Assembly: GCA_041936745.1 (NCBI GenBank)
Contig: JBHGWS010000143.1
Span: 179-64,178, forward strand
Length of the DNA stretch: 64,000 nucleotides
DNA from: Candidatus Darwinibacter acetoxidans
Lineage (GTDB): Bacteria > Bacillota > Limnochordia > Darwinibacteriales > Darwinibacteriaceae
Direction of reading: 5' to 3'
Part shown: positions 16,648-30,905 of the stretch, in pieces
Layout: every line of letters starts with the position of its first letter
How positions within the stretch are numbered: position 1 is the stretch's first letter
Notes under the pieces: generated by a model
Told to the model about the DNA's origin: nothing
Databases searched by the model: none
What the model saw: only the letters and a program-made list of their open reading frames with translations
Program-made: the position numbers and the translations under genes

Positions 16648-16676
16648 AAAGCCTGCTCAAATCGAGCAGGCTTTTT
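16648..16676 (+). terminator. Rho-independent terminator downstream of tmRNA
   Basis: Stem GCCTGCTC / GAGCAGGC with loop AAAT, then a T5 run. Confidence 0.7.
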
Positions 16677-16685
16677 CCTCTAAAA

Positions 16686-16713
16686 CCTCTGCCCAAGGCA
16701 GAGGGCTTTTTTT
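16686..16713. terminator. Second hairpin, a bidirectional terminator shared by tmRNA (+) and secG (-)
   Basis: Stem CCTCTGCC / GGCAGAGG, then a T7 run on the + strand, with AAAA upstream serving the minus strand. Overlaps the secG stop codon. Confidence 0.55.
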
Positions 16714-16933
16714 AAAACCAGAGCGATAAAACTATAGATAAAACCATAAAACCTACAGCGAGGTAAGTTGTAGCTGTCTCCAAAACATGTTCGTAGCCTT
16801 TGCGTTTACCGAAAAACATCTGGCCGCCACCGCCAATCGAGCCCAAACCTTCACCTTTGCTCTCCTGCAGGACAACCGCAACAATCAGGGCGATGGAAAC
16901 AACAAATTGGACGATCATCAAAAACGTTCCCAC
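16712..16933 (-). CDS. secG: Preprotein translocase subunit SecG
   Basis: 73 aa with two TM helices and the glycine-rich linker GLGSIGGGGQMFFGKRKG. Size and topology are typical of SecG. The secG to smpB-ssrA neighbourhood is conserved in Firmicutes. Confidence 0.8.
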   Translation of the reverse strand: MGTFLMIVQFVVSIALIVAVVLQESKGEGLGSIGGGGQMFFGKRKGYEHVLETATTYLAVGFMVLSIVLSLWF

Positions 16934-17032
16934 AGCTCAATGACACCCCCTCGCCTTCACTCTTTACGTTTAAGTAGCTACTACGTTATTCTACCACAGA
17001 GAAGCTTTTGGCGCAAGAGCACCGGGCGTCTC

Positions 17033-17887
17033 TCAAGAGCTAAAGCTGTAGCTGCAAAAATCACCGGCCGGCTCATAGCCTATCTGCAGATAAATCCTAT
17101 TGGCCGTGGGGTTTTTTAAATCGGCAAACAGGGTGCAGAATTCAAAGCCCGCATCTAAAAGTTTTTGGCTTAAAGCCGCCACACAGCTGGTGGCATAACC
17201 TCTTTTCCGCAGATTCTGCGGTGTATAAACTAAGTTGACGGCAATACCCCGGCCCGTCGCCCGGCTTTTAGCAGCCAAAGAGACAACCCGGCCTTGGTGT
17301 TCCCAAACAAAAGCGGCCTGCGATTTAATATAACTTTGGGCGGCCCGCCGGCACATCTCCCTGTCGGGGTCGGGATTTAAACCCGTTTCTTTATAAAACT
17401 GGCGGATTGCCGCCAAAAGAAAATCGAAATCCGCGGCCTGCACGGGCCGCAGCCTGCCGGGCCCAATCAGGCTTCGATCGACCCGCCTAAGTTCCAAGAC
17501 CCGCATCTGCATTTTTAACTCAGCGGTACAATGGGCCAGCCTCTGCCACACTGCGGCAAAACCTGCCGCAAGCTTCTTAGGCCCCACTACCCCGGGCATC
17601 GGCAGATTGCGCTCTAAAAGAGCGCTGCAAAATATATTGAGTTCGCTTGCGGCCAGGGGGGCTGTGCCGTAGATAACCAAGTTTTCCGGCTCCGTCATTA
17701 GGGCGGCAAGCCTTAACTGCTTGGCCTGAAAAAGCGCTGCCAAATGGACTTTTTCGTAAAAATCAGGCTCGCGGCGCAGCCGCAGGGCAAGGCCCAGCAT
17801 TAAGTTATTCAGCGCCTCTTCCCGTTTTAAATATTCTAAGGTTGCGCCAAGAAAATCCTCAATGTCAGCATACCAGGCTACCTCCAT
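17033..17887 (-). CDS. GNAT-family N-acetyltransferase with a ~150-aa N-terminal domain of unknown function
   Basis: The C-terminal region GIAVNLVYTPQNLRKRGYATSCVAALSQKLLDAG carries the GNAT acetyl-CoA binding motif (R/Q-x-x-G-x-G/A). Confidence 0.7.
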   Translation of the reverse strand: MEVAWYADIEDFLGATLEYLKREEALNNLMLGLALRLRREPDFYEKVHLAALFQAKQLRLAALMTEPENLVIYGTAPLAASELNIFCSALLERNLPMPGVVGPKKLAAGFAAVWQRLAHCTAELKMQMRVLELRRVDRSLIGPGRLRPVQAADFDFLLAAIRQFYKETGLNPDPDREMCRRAAQSYIKSQAAFVWEHQGRVVSLAAKSRATGRGIAVNLVYTPQNLRKRGYATSCVAALSQKLLDAGFEFCTLFADLKNPTANRIYLQIGYEPAGDFCSYSFSS

Positions 17888-17897
17888 CTTGCTCCTC

Positions 17898-19208
17898 CTA
17901 ACTGCGCTTTTCTAAAAAGCTCCGGTACCAGAGGGCGCTGTCTTTTAAAACCCGCGCCTGCGTCTTAAAATCCACGTAGATGAGCCCAAAACGGCGCTCA
18001 TACCCGAAGGACCATTCGAAGTTGTCTAAAAGAGACCAAACGTAATAGCCCCGCAGATTAACACCGTCTTTTATGGCCCGGGCCCCTTGGGCAAAGTGTT
18101 CTTTTAGATACGCTGCCCTTGCCTGATCCAAAATGCGCCCGTCCACAAGCTCGTCTTTGAAAGCTGCCCCGTTTTCTGTGATATAAAGGGGGATGGGGCC
18201 GTAATCGTTCTTCAGCCGCATAAGCAGATCGTAAAGCCCCTGCGGGTAAATTTCCCAGCCCATTTCAGTTACGGGGCCTTGCGGACGGCAGCTTTCGAAG
18301 AGCCTGCCTTCCGCGGCTTTAATAATACCTCGGCTGTAATAATTAACGCCCAAAAAGTCAAGCGGCTGACCGATAATGCTTAAATCGCCGGGTTCAATAT
18401 GGCCGGAAACTAATTTCAAGTACTCCGGCACATCCTGCGGATAAGCCCCCTTTAAAATCGGCTCGAGATACCACCTGTTTTGAAAGCAGTCCGCCGCTTC
18501 CGCCGCCTTGCGGTCAGGGGCGCTTGCGCCTGCGGCATATTGGGGTATTAGATTAAGAGTGATCCCAATATCTGCCGCAGAGCCCAATTCCCGGTATACC
18601 GCCAGGCTCAGGCCATGAGCCAAAAGGAGGTGGTGGGCGGCCCGGAAGTAATTGGGCAGGCCCCGCTTGCCCGGAGCATGCTCACCGCTGCCGTAGCCCA
18701 AATAAGCTGAGCACCACGGTTCGTTTAGAGTGATCCATAAATCGACGTAATCTTCCAGTTCTTCAAAGACTAAAGCGGCGTAATCGGCAAAATATTTCGC
18801 CGTGTCCCGATTTAACCAGCCGCCTTCATCTTCCAAAGCCTGCGGCAGATCCCAATGATAAAGCGTTGCGGCGGAATGGATTTTCGCTGCCTCTAATTCG
18901 GCCAAAAGCCTTTTATAAAAATCCAGGCCTTTTTGATTTACCCGCCCCCGGCCCCGGGGCAATATGCGGGGCCAGGCAAGGGAAAAGCGGTAGCTGTCCA
19001 CACCCAGCTTTTTCAAAAGAGCTACATCTTCTCGGTAGAGATGGTAGTGATTGCAGGCCACATCACCCGTAGCCCCGTTCAGCACTTTCCCCGGGGTTTT
19101 GCTGAAGCGATCCCAGATAGATTCGCCGCGGCCATCTTCGTCAAAGGCGCCTTCAATCTGGTAAGCCGCCGTAGCAACACCCCAGATAAAATCCTTGGGA
19201 AATTCCAT
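17898..19208 (-). CDS. bglA: Beta-glucosidase, glycoside hydrolase family 1
   Basis: 436 aa. N-terminal FPKDFIWGVATAAYQIEGA, acid/base LNEPW and nucleophile ITENGAA are all GH1 signatures. Confidence 0.9.
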   Translation of the reverse strand: MEFPKDFIWGVATAAYQIEGAFDEDGRGESIWDRFSKTPGKVLNGATGDVACNHYHLYREDVALLKKLGVDSYRFSLAWPRILPRGRGRVNQKGLDFYKRLLAELEAAKIHSAATLYHWDLPQALEDEGGWLNRDTAKYFADYAALVFEELEDYVDLWITLNEPWCSAYLGYGSGEHAPGKRGLPNYFRAAHHLLLAHGLSLAVYRELGSAADIGITLNLIPQYAAGASAPDRKAAEAADCFQNRWYLEPILKGAYPQDVPEYLKLVSGHIEPGDLSIIGQPLDFLGVNYYSRGIIKAAEGRLFESCRPQGPVTEMGWEIYPQGLYDLLMRLKNDYGPIPLYITENGAAFKDELVDGRILDQARAAYLKEHFAQGARAIKDGVNLRGYYVWSLLDNFEWSFGYERRFGLIYVDFKTQARVLKDSALWYRSFLEKRS

Positions 19209-19279
19209 TTCTCACCCTCCTTACGTTTAATTTTACTTTCGGCTTGAAGATTAACCTTCTTTTGGAGGCTCCCCATAAC

Positions 19280-19316
19280 AAAAAAGAGGCGGTGCGGCAC
19301 CGCCTCCCTTTTTTTT
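19280..19316. terminator. Rho-independent terminator downstream of eno (also usable on the + strand)
   Basis: AAAAAA-GAGGCGGTGC-C-GCACCGCCTC-CCTTTTTTTT: a perfect 10-bp stem flanked by A and T runs. Confidence 0.7.
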
Positions 19317-19317
19317 C

Positions 19318-22136
<2,819 letters not shown>

Positions 22137-22146
22137 TCAAATCCCC

Positions 22147-22890
22147 CTAATATTTAACAATCGCGGCAAAATCCTCTGCCTTCAGGCTGGCGCCGCCCAC
22201 AAGCGCACCGTCGATCTGGGGCTGCGACATAAATTCATTAATGTTGGCGCCTTTAACGCTGCCGCCGTACTGAATGCGGACCTGTTCCGCCGCTTTTTCA
22301 TCGTAAAGATCGGCTAAAGCCCCTCTGATGGCGCCGATTACTTGATTGGCATCTTCTCCGTCTGAGGTTTCACCTGTGCCGATAGCCCAAATCGGTTCGT
22401 AAGCCACAACTACTTCTGTAATTTTGGCAAGGGGGACATCTTTTAACCCCTCTTTGATTTGATTAATTACGACCGCTTCCGTCCGGCCGGCCTGCCTCTG
22501 CTCTAAGGTTTCGCCAACGCAGAGGATCGGCTTTAAATCGACCTCCAGGGCCTTAAGTACTTTTTTGTTGATCAAATCGTCTTTTTCACCGAATATTTCC
22601 CGCCGCTCCGAGTGGCCTAAAATTACATATTCGCAGCCTACATCAACGAGCATGCCCGGGGATATTTCACCCGTGAAAGCGCCTTCATCGGCGAAATACA
22701 TGTTTTGAGCGCCCATTTTCACTTTTTCCAGGCCTAGTGCGCTGACGGCGGAAAGAGCAGTGAAGGGTGGGCAGACGACTACTTCAACGTCGCTGTCCGC
22801 CACCAGTTCTTCCAAGCGGCGGCACAGTTCAACTGCTTCACCGACAATTTTGTGCATTTTCCAGTTGCCTGCAATAATTGGAGTTCGCAT
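22147..22890 (-). CDS. tpiA: Triosephosphate isomerase
   Basis: AGNWKMHK, the WAIGTGETS active-site loop and GGSVK. The probable start is the ATG at 22890 (MRTPIIAGNWKMH), preceded by GAGGTG with a 5-nt spacer. The track ORF starts 21 nt further upstream. Confidence 0.9.
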   Translation of the reverse strand: MRTPIIAGNWKMHKIVGEAVELCRRLEELVADSDVEVVVCPPFTALSAVSALGLEKVKMGAQNMYFADEGAFTGEISPGMLVDVGCEYVILGHSERREIFGEKDDLINKKVLKALEVDLKPILCVGETLEQRQAGRTEAVVINQIKEGLKDVPLAKITEVVVAYEPIWAIGTGETSDGEDANQVIGAIRGALADLYDEKAAEQVRIQYGGSVKGANINEFMSQPQIDGALVGGASLKAEDFAAIVKY

Positions 22891-22900
22891 TATTTCACCT

Positions 22901-24082
22901 CTATTTTTCATTTAAGGCGGCTACACCCGGTAAGACTTTCCCTTCCAAAAAGGCTAAGGATGCGCCTCCGCCTGTAGAGACATGATCAATTTTATCAGCC
23001 AAGCCGAATTGTTCCGCGGCAGCAGCGGAGTCGCCGCCGCCAATAATGGTCACAGCCGGCGAGTCGGCCAACGCCTCGGCAACGCCTAAAGTACCCCGTG
23101 AAAAGGCGGGAAACTCAAAGACGCCCATGGGGCCGTTCCAAACTACCGTGCCCGCTTTTTTAACGACTTCGCTGAAAAGCTCAATTGTTTTCGGCCCGAT
23201 ATCCAAGCCTTCCCAATCGGCTGGGATTTCGGAAACGGGAACAACTTTCCGCTCCGTGTCGGGATCAAATTCCTTGCCGACGGCAATATCCACGGGCAGC
23301 AGGATTTCCACGCCCATTTTTTCCGCTTCGGCCAGGATTTTTTGGGCAAAGCCCAAGCGATCCGCATCCAAAAGCGAATTGCCGATTTCATAGCCTTGGG
23401 ATTTCAAAAATGTGTAAGCCATGCCACCGCCTAAGATCAAATGATCGGTTTTCTGCAGCAGCGCTTCGATAACGCCGATTTTATCCTGTACCTTGGCACC
23501 GCCTAAGATGGCGACAAACGGGCGTTTCGGATTATCCACGGCACCGCCTAAAAACTCCAGCTCTTTTTCCATTAAAAAGCCGCCGACCGCCGGTAGATAC
23601 TGAGTAACGCCGACTGTTGAGGCGTGAGCTCTGTGGGCTGTGCCGAAAGCGTCATTGACGAACAGATCGCCCAGTTTTGCCAGCTGTTTGGCAAAAGCGG
23701 GATCATTGGCTTCTTCTTCCGCATGGAAGCGGACGTTTTCTAAAAGCATGACCTGGCCCGGCTGAAGTGCAGCCGCTTTTTTTTCAACTTCCAGGCCGAT
23801 GCAGTCAGCCGTTTTTATAACGGGGAGGCCTAAAAGTTCACTTAAGCGTTCGGCAACGGGATCTAAGCGTAATTCCTCCACAACCTTCCCCTTCGGCCGG
23901 CCGAAATGCGACATTATAATAACGGAACTGCCCTGCTCTAAAAGATATTTGATGCTGGGCAGAGCGGCCCGAATTCTTTTGTCATCGGTAATCTGCCCAT
24001 CCTGCAGCGGTACGTTGAGATCCTGCCGCATCAGGACTTTTTTTCCTCTGACATTGACATCGCGCATTGATTTTTTGCTCAT
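22901..24082 (-). CDS. pgk: Phosphoglycerate kinase
   Basis: 393 aa. RQDLNVP, FGTAHRAHAS and GGGASLE are canonical Pgk motifs. Confidence 0.95.
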   Translation of the reverse strand: MSKKSMRDVNVRGKKVLMRQDLNVPLQDGQITDDKRIRAALPSIKYLLEQGSSVIIMSHFGRPKGKVVEELRLDPVAERLSELLGLPVIKTADCIGLEVEKKAAALQPGQVMLLENVRFHAEEEANDPAFAKQLAKLGDLFVNDAFGTAHRAHASTVGVTQYLPAVGGFLMEKELEFLGGAVDNPKRPFVAILGGAKVQDKIGVIEALLQKTDHLILGGGMAYTFLKSQGYEIGNSLLDADRLGFAQKILAEAEKMGVEILLPVDIAVGKEFDPDTERKVVPVSEIPADWEGLDIGPKTIELFSEVVKKAGTVVWNGPMGVFEFPAFSRGTLGVAEALADSPAVTIIGGGDSAAAAEQFGLADKIDHVSTGGGASLAFLEGKVLPGVAALNEK

Positions 24083-24136
24083 CCCAAACCCTCCTTCTCG
24101 GAAAGAGGATCCCTTGAGGGATCCTCTCGGCCTTAA

Positions 24137-26252
<2,116 letters not shown>

Positions 26253-26292
26253 TACTTCTCTCTCCGGAAAACGTTCCCTCCCATATTTCTTG

Positions 26293-27219
26293 TTAAAACT
26301 TTTGATCTAAATCCCTAAGCCGGGCAGCTTCCTCTTTAAGCCGGCGGATACGATAGTTTATGCCCGATTTACTCAGTTGTGGTTCCATTAAGCCGCCTAA
26401 TTCCTGCAGTGAGGCATAGGGGTTTTCCAAACGGGCCCGCGCCACCTCCCTTAACTTGGGCGGCAGTTTCTCCAAACCGACAACTTGTTCGATTAAGCGG
26501 ATGTCCTCTATCTGCTCCAAAGCAGCTTTAATGGTCTTGTCCACATTGGCTGTTTCGCAATTTACCAGCCTGTTCACTTGGTTGCGCATGTCTTTCAAAA
26601 CCCGCACATTTTCAAAACGTAAAAGCGCGTTATGGGCGCCGCTTAAATTTAAGAAATCGACAATCTGCTGGCCGTCTTTGAGGTAAACTACAAAGGAACC
26701 TTTGCGCTGGGTAAGGCCCGGGGAAAGGCCCAGTGACCGCATCGTTTCCACTATTTTCACCGCAGTTTGGGCCCGCTCGGCGGAAATCTCCAAATGGTAG
26801 GTTTTTTCCGGGTTAGTAATCGAGCCCCGGCTTAAAAACGTCCCCCGCAAAAAAGCCCGCCGGCAGCATTTCTTGCGCAAAACCCCCGTCTTCTGCACAA
26901 CGCTTTGTTCTTTAAAATCGCTGTAAACCCGCGCCGCCCACCTGTGGCCCAAAACCCGGACCGTACAGGTTTGGCTGCGTTTGGCCCGCGGTTTTACCAC
27001 CAAAATCTGCGTCGGCAGATCAGGATAAAGGCCCCGTAAAAGATGCAGTATCTTCCTGGCCACGACGGGAGAAGCGTGGTTGAAATCCAAGAATTGATTC
27101 TTGTCCCCAAGCAAAAAGCCGTCTAATTCGTAGATCGCACTTAATTCCGCTGTTTTGCAGCAGCGGGCGGTGGGAATAACCCGCGCCAATTCCTGGCGCG
27201 TTTCATCGGAAAAAGACAT
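26293..27219 (-). CDS. whiA: DNA-binding sporulation/cell-division regulator WhiA
   Basis: 308 aa. Degenerate LAGLIDADG-like N-domain and a C-terminal HTH (SGINYRIRRLKE). Conserved neighbour of yvcK. Confidence 0.85.
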   Translation of the reverse strand: MSFSDETRQELARVIPTARCCKTAELSAIYELDGFLLGDKNQFLDFNHASPVVARKILHLLRGLYPDLPTQILVVKPRAKRSQTCTVRVLGHRWAARVYSDFKEQSVVQKTGVLRKKCCRRAFLRGTFLSRGSITNPEKTYHLEISAERAQTAVKIVETMRSLGLSPGLTQRKGSFVVYLKDGQQIVDFLNLSGAHNALLRFENVRVLKDMRNQVNRLVNCETANVDKTIKAALEQIEDIRLIEQVVGLEKLPPKLREVARARLENPYASLQELGGLMEPQLSKSGINYRIRRLKEEAARLRDLDQKF

Positions 27220-27220
27220 A

Positions 27221-28048
27221 TTAAGTTCCTCCTTCCTCCCCCAAAATCCACACCTGCACCCGCCATTGTTGGATCTCCGCTTTGACGATCACCGGTGTTT
27301 TTGAACTGTTTAAAAACTTAAAATCGGTGTGCGGCCAAGCCACCGCGGCATCCCGGCCGTGTTGAATATAGCTGGGGGCGATTGAATGAATGCGCCTTTC
27401 CACTATTTCAAGGCCCGCCTGCCGCACCGCGTTGTAAAGTGTGCTGGAAGTCTGGCAGATGCCGCCCCCAACTCCGGGGGCAACCGTTTCGCCTAAGATA
27501 ATGGGAGCGCTGCGGTAACCTCTGTCCCTGGTGCGCTCCCCGACAATTTCGTTGAAAGAAAACGTTTCACCCGGTAAAAGCAGGGTGTTGTTGATCGCCC
27601 TAAGTGATAAACGAATGTTTCCCACCCTGTCCGGGCTGCCCATTAAAGGCGTGGAAAAACTCCCGATAACGGCCGTCAGTTTCTCCAAATGTTCGCTGCG
27701 CCAAGAAGGCACAACCTCAATACCGGCCAGCGGCACTTTTTTTGCAGCCGGCGCAGCCACAATTTGGTGCACAATTTCATCAACATCGAAGTAAAGGCCG
27801 TTTTGGTGGGGAATTATTTCACCCGTATCCTTGTGGATCGCGGCGTTTTTCGGGGCACGGGCGGCCCTAAGCGCCATCTGCTCCACAATGACGCGCACTT
27901 CCCCCTCATAGTAATACTCCATGGCCCGCTCTTCCAAAAAGACGCCCGCACGCACGCCGAACCAGCGGCGGTGAGCTGTCCTGTAAATAGTGGGGACACC
28001 CCAGCCCAAGGTGGATAAAAGCAGTACAAAAGCAACAATTCTGCGCAA
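27221..28048 (-). CDS. VanW-domain protein
   Basis: 275 aa with an N-terminal signal/TM segment. GGGICQTSSTLYNA is the VanW family core motif. Confidence 0.75.
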   Translation of the reverse strand: MRRIVAFVLLLSTLGWGVPTIYRTAHRRWFGVRAGVFLEERAMEYYYEGEVRVIVEQMALRAARAPKNAAIHKDTGEIIPHQNGLYFDVDEIVHQIVAAPAAKKVPLAGIEVVPSWRSEHLEKLTAVIGSFSTPLMGSPDRVGNIRLSLRAINNTLLLPGETFSFNEIVGERTRDRGYRSAPIILGETVAPGVGGGICQTSSTLYNAVRQAGLEIVERRIHSIAPSYIQHGRDAAVAWPHTDFKFLNSSKTPVIVKAEIQQWRVQVWILGEEGGT

Positions 28049-28109
28049 TTAGATCGCCCTCCCCAGTAGTTTATTCTACTTGGGGAAGAATTAAAACCCC
28101 CGGCAACCT

Positions 28110-29411
28110 TCAGCCGACGCGCTCCTCCGGGCGCTCTTCCGCATGCTCTGCGGCAAGGGCCATAATCTCAGCGGCCAGCCGGCCGCTGTCGTGGCGGGCT
28201 AAGTCCGTTTTATCCATAAAATCACCCTGCCGCACCGCCACGCCTAATTTTTCTAAAACCCCTAAATCCGCCCGGACGGGATGGGCACCTTCCGCAGCAT
28301 ATTTTTCCGCCTCAGCAGTTGAAATGTGGGTTTGGTTGACCAACACGTAATCCAGAATGGGTTTGTGCTGCACGTGTTTGAAAAGGGCCCGCACATGATC
28401 ACCCGCGCTTAAGCCATCCGTCTCGCCGGGCTGTGTCATTACATTGCAGACATAAACCCGCAGCGCTTTGGTGTTAACTAAGGCATCGGCGAGGGGGGCC
28501 ACCAAAAGATTGGGAATAATGCTGGTGTATAAACTGCCGGGCCCTAAAACGACAACATCCGCCTCTTCTATAGCCGCTAAAGCCTCAGGCAGCGCCCGGG
28601 CATCTTTGGGCACTAAAAACACCTCTTTGATTTTACCCCCCTGCAGGGGGATGCGGCTTTCGCCCATCACCAAAGAGCCGTCGGCAAAGTGTGCCCCCAG
28701 CCTGACGGTTTCTAAAGTTGACGGCAGCACTTTTCCCCGCACTGCCAAAACTTGGCTCACTTTGCGCACCGTTTCTTCGAAATCGCCGGTGATTTCATTC
28801 ATAGCCGCAATAAATAGGTTGCCAAAACTGTGGCCGCCTAATTCGCCCGCCGAAAAACGGTGTTGGAAAAGCTTTTCCATCAAAGGCTCCGTATCTGCCA
28901 GGGCAATGATTGTGTTGCGGATATCGCCGGGCGGCAGCATACCGAAATCATCCCTCAACCGGCCGGAACTGCCCCCATCATCCGCCATTGTCACGATTGC
29001 AGTTAAATTGCTCGAGTATTCTTTTAAACCCCTCAGCATGGTGGCAAGCCCCGTGCCCCCTCCTAAAGCCACAATACTGGGGCCCCTTTGTAAATTACGC
29101 GTTTTATAGACGTGATCGACTAACTTGGCTACATCTTCCGCAGGCTTAATAGCACTTACTAAAGAGCGGATACCGAAGCGGATGGCCAAAGAGATCCAAA
29201 GCAGGCCCGTAAGGATTAAAGCAGCGCCCAAAACCCAAGTATTCCAAGTTAAGTTTTCAACCAAGTCTAAAAGCCTTTGTTCCAGCAGGGAAAGAAAAGG
29301 GGAATTCAGCAAAACCGCTGCACCTACCGCAACGCAGAGAACACCAAAAAGAAGCAGCGCCAACCACCGTTTAACCCCCATCCCCGGGTAAAGCCATTTG
29401 ATTCTTTCCAA
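28110..29411 (-). CDS. yvcK: YvcK/UPF0052 (CofD-like) gluconeogenesis / UDP-sugar-binding cell-shape factor with an N-terminal two-helix membrane extension
   Basis: 433 aa. SIVALGGGTGLATMLRGLK...IVTMADDGGSSGRLR is the YvcK/CofD nucleotide-binding signature. The first ~90 residues contain two hydrophobic helices. Confidence 0.8.
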   Translation of the reverse strand: MERIKWLYPGMGVKRWLALLLFGVLCVAVGAAVLLNSPFLSLLEQRLLDLVENLTWNTWVLGAALILTGLLWISLAIRFGIRSLVSAIKPAEDVAKLVDHVYKTRNLQRGPSIVALGGGTGLATMLRGLKEYSSNLTAIVTMADDGGSSGRLRDDFGMLPPGDIRNTIIALADTEPLMEKLFQHRFSAGELGGHSFGNLFIAAMNEITGDFEETVRKVSQVLAVRGKVLPSTLETVRLGAHFADGSLVMGESRIPLQGGKIKEVFLVPKDARALPEALAAIEEADVVVLGPGSLYTSIIPNLLVAPLADALVNTKALRVYVCNVMTQPGETDGLSAGDHVRALFKHVQHKPILDYVLVNQTHISTAEAEKYAAEGAHPVRADLGVLEKLGVAVRQGDFMDKTDLARHDSGRLAAEIMALAAEHAEERPEERVG

Positions 29412-29421
29412 GAAACCACCC

Positions 29422-30168
29422 CTAAGATTTTAGAAGCCTGGCATTCAGAATTTCTCTCGGCGTCAACCCGGCGCGTTTCGCCAAAGCGAGCCCTGTTTGA
29501 AAATCACCGACGCGATCGGGGCTGTGAGCATCGCTGTTGATGACAAACTTTGCCCCTTCGGAAGCGGTGATTTCTAAAATTTCCGGCGTAAGGTAATTCT
29601 TGCTTGTATTAATTTCAAAGGCCGTGTTTCGCCTGGCGCAGGCCTTCGCAACTTCTTTGTAATCGATTGCAAAGCGCTGGCCCGGATGGGTGAGGATTTT
29701 AATCTCATTTTTATAAAGCGCGTTAATGGTTGCTTCGGTATTGATCAAAAGAGAACGCTGCCTTAAAGACGGCCAGAATTTTTTGCCGTAATGGCTACCC
29801 CAAATGGCAAAGAAGTCGCGGCCCGCCTTCGGCCACACGGCCAGGTGAATGTTGGCTAAAATCAAATCCACCAGATCAATTTTATCCGCGGGCAGATCCA
29901 AATCACCGGCCGTGCTGATAATGTTGGCTTCTATCCCCACCAACCCCCTTAGGCCTGCGTGCTCCCGGCAGGCCTCTTCTAATTCCCTGCGGATTGTCTG
30001 CAGGACATTTAAATTTCGGATGCCGTAGTGGAAAAGATGGTTAGGGCCGTGGTCGCTGATTGCAATTACTTCCAAACCAAGCTTCGCTGCCGCTGCCACG
30101 TTTTCCGCCACCGTACCCCTGCCGTGGCTGTGTTTGGTATGAGTGTGATAATCAGCAAAGCAGTACAT
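29422..30168 (-). CDS. PHP-domain (polymerase/histidinol-phosphatase-like) metal-dependent phosphoesterase
   Basis: 248 aa. N-terminal DYHTHTKHSHG (His motif I), ISDHG and the C-terminal NSDAHSPDRVG motif, all typical of the PHP family. Confidence 0.7.
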   Translation of the reverse strand: MYCFADYHTHTKHSHGRGTVAENVAAAAKLGLEVIAISDHGPNHLFHYGIRNLNVLQTIRRELEEACREHAGLRGLVGIEANIISTAGDLDLPADKIDLVDLILANIHLAVWPKAGRDFFAIWGSHYGKKFWPSLRQRSLLINTEATINALYKNEIKILTHPGQRFAIDYKEVAKACARRNTAFEINTSKNYLTPEILEITASEGAKFVINSDAHSPDRVGDFQTGLALAKRAGLTPREILNARLLKS

Positions 30169-30890
30169 TACAACCCGCCGGCCGCGGCTTGATCCACAAC
30201 AATTGTTACATCCGGGTGCAGCTGTAAAACGGAGGCGGGCAGTTTTTCGGTGACAGGCCCTTTGACCGCCCGGGCAATCGCTTGGGCTTTACTGCCGCCA
30301 TTGGCCACAAGCAGGATGCTGCGGGCCCGCATAATGGTTTTGATCCCCATGGAAACGGCCTTCGTCGGCACATCCGCTTTCGACGCAAAGAAGCGGCTGT
30401 TGGCCCTGATTGTACTTTCCGCCAATTCCACAACTCGCGTTTGGGCACCGAAAGGGCTCCCCGGTTCGTTAAAACCGATGTGGCCGTTTTCGCCGATGCC
30501 TAAAAGCTGCAGGTCTATGCCGCCGGCCCGCTTAATGGCCTCTTCGTAGCGCCTGCATTCCGCGGCTGTATCGTCCGCCGCCCCGTTTGGTATAAATATT
30601 CTGGCGGGATCAATGTTCACCTTGGAAAACAGCTCTTTCTCCATATAGTGATGGTAGCTGGCCGGGTGATCGGCGGGCAGCCCCACGTATTCATCGAGGT
30701 TAAATGTGGTTAAGCCGCTGAAATCCAAGCCTTTTTGGTGGAATTCGGCCAAAAGCCCGTAGATGCCCACAGGCGAACTGCCCGTGGCTAAACCGAGAAC
30801 GCTGGCGGGCTTTTTAACTATCTGGGCCCTGATAATTTTAGCTGCTTCTTCACTCATTCGATCATAATTATTCACTACAATTACATTCAT
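30168..30890 (-). CDS. nagB: Glucosamine-6-phosphate deaminase
   Basis: Signatures LGLATGSSP, LDEYVGL and GIGENGHIGFNEPGS. The probable start is MNVIVV (the fourth codon of the track ORF). Confidence 0.85.
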   Translation of the reverse strand: MNVIVVNNYDRMSEEAAKIIRAQIVKKPASVLGLATGSSPVGIYGLLAEFHQKGLDFSGLTTFNLDEYVGLPADHPASYHHYMEKELFSKVNIDPARIFIPNGAADDTAAECRRYEEAIKRAGGIDLQLLGIGENGHIGFNEPGSPFGAQTRVVELAESTIRANSRFFASKADVPTKAVSMGIKTIMRARSILLVANGGSKAQAIARAVKGPVTEKLPASVLQLHPDVTIVVDQAAAGGL

Positions 30891-30905
30891 GCAAACCACC
30901 TTCCC

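Noticed and set aside
16934-17032. The 100-nt gap between GNAT and secG as a possible ncRNA.
   Set aside because: There is no conserved structure or promoter/terminator pair. It is most simply the secG 5' leader, with secG probably co-transcribed with or just downstream of the GNAT gene.
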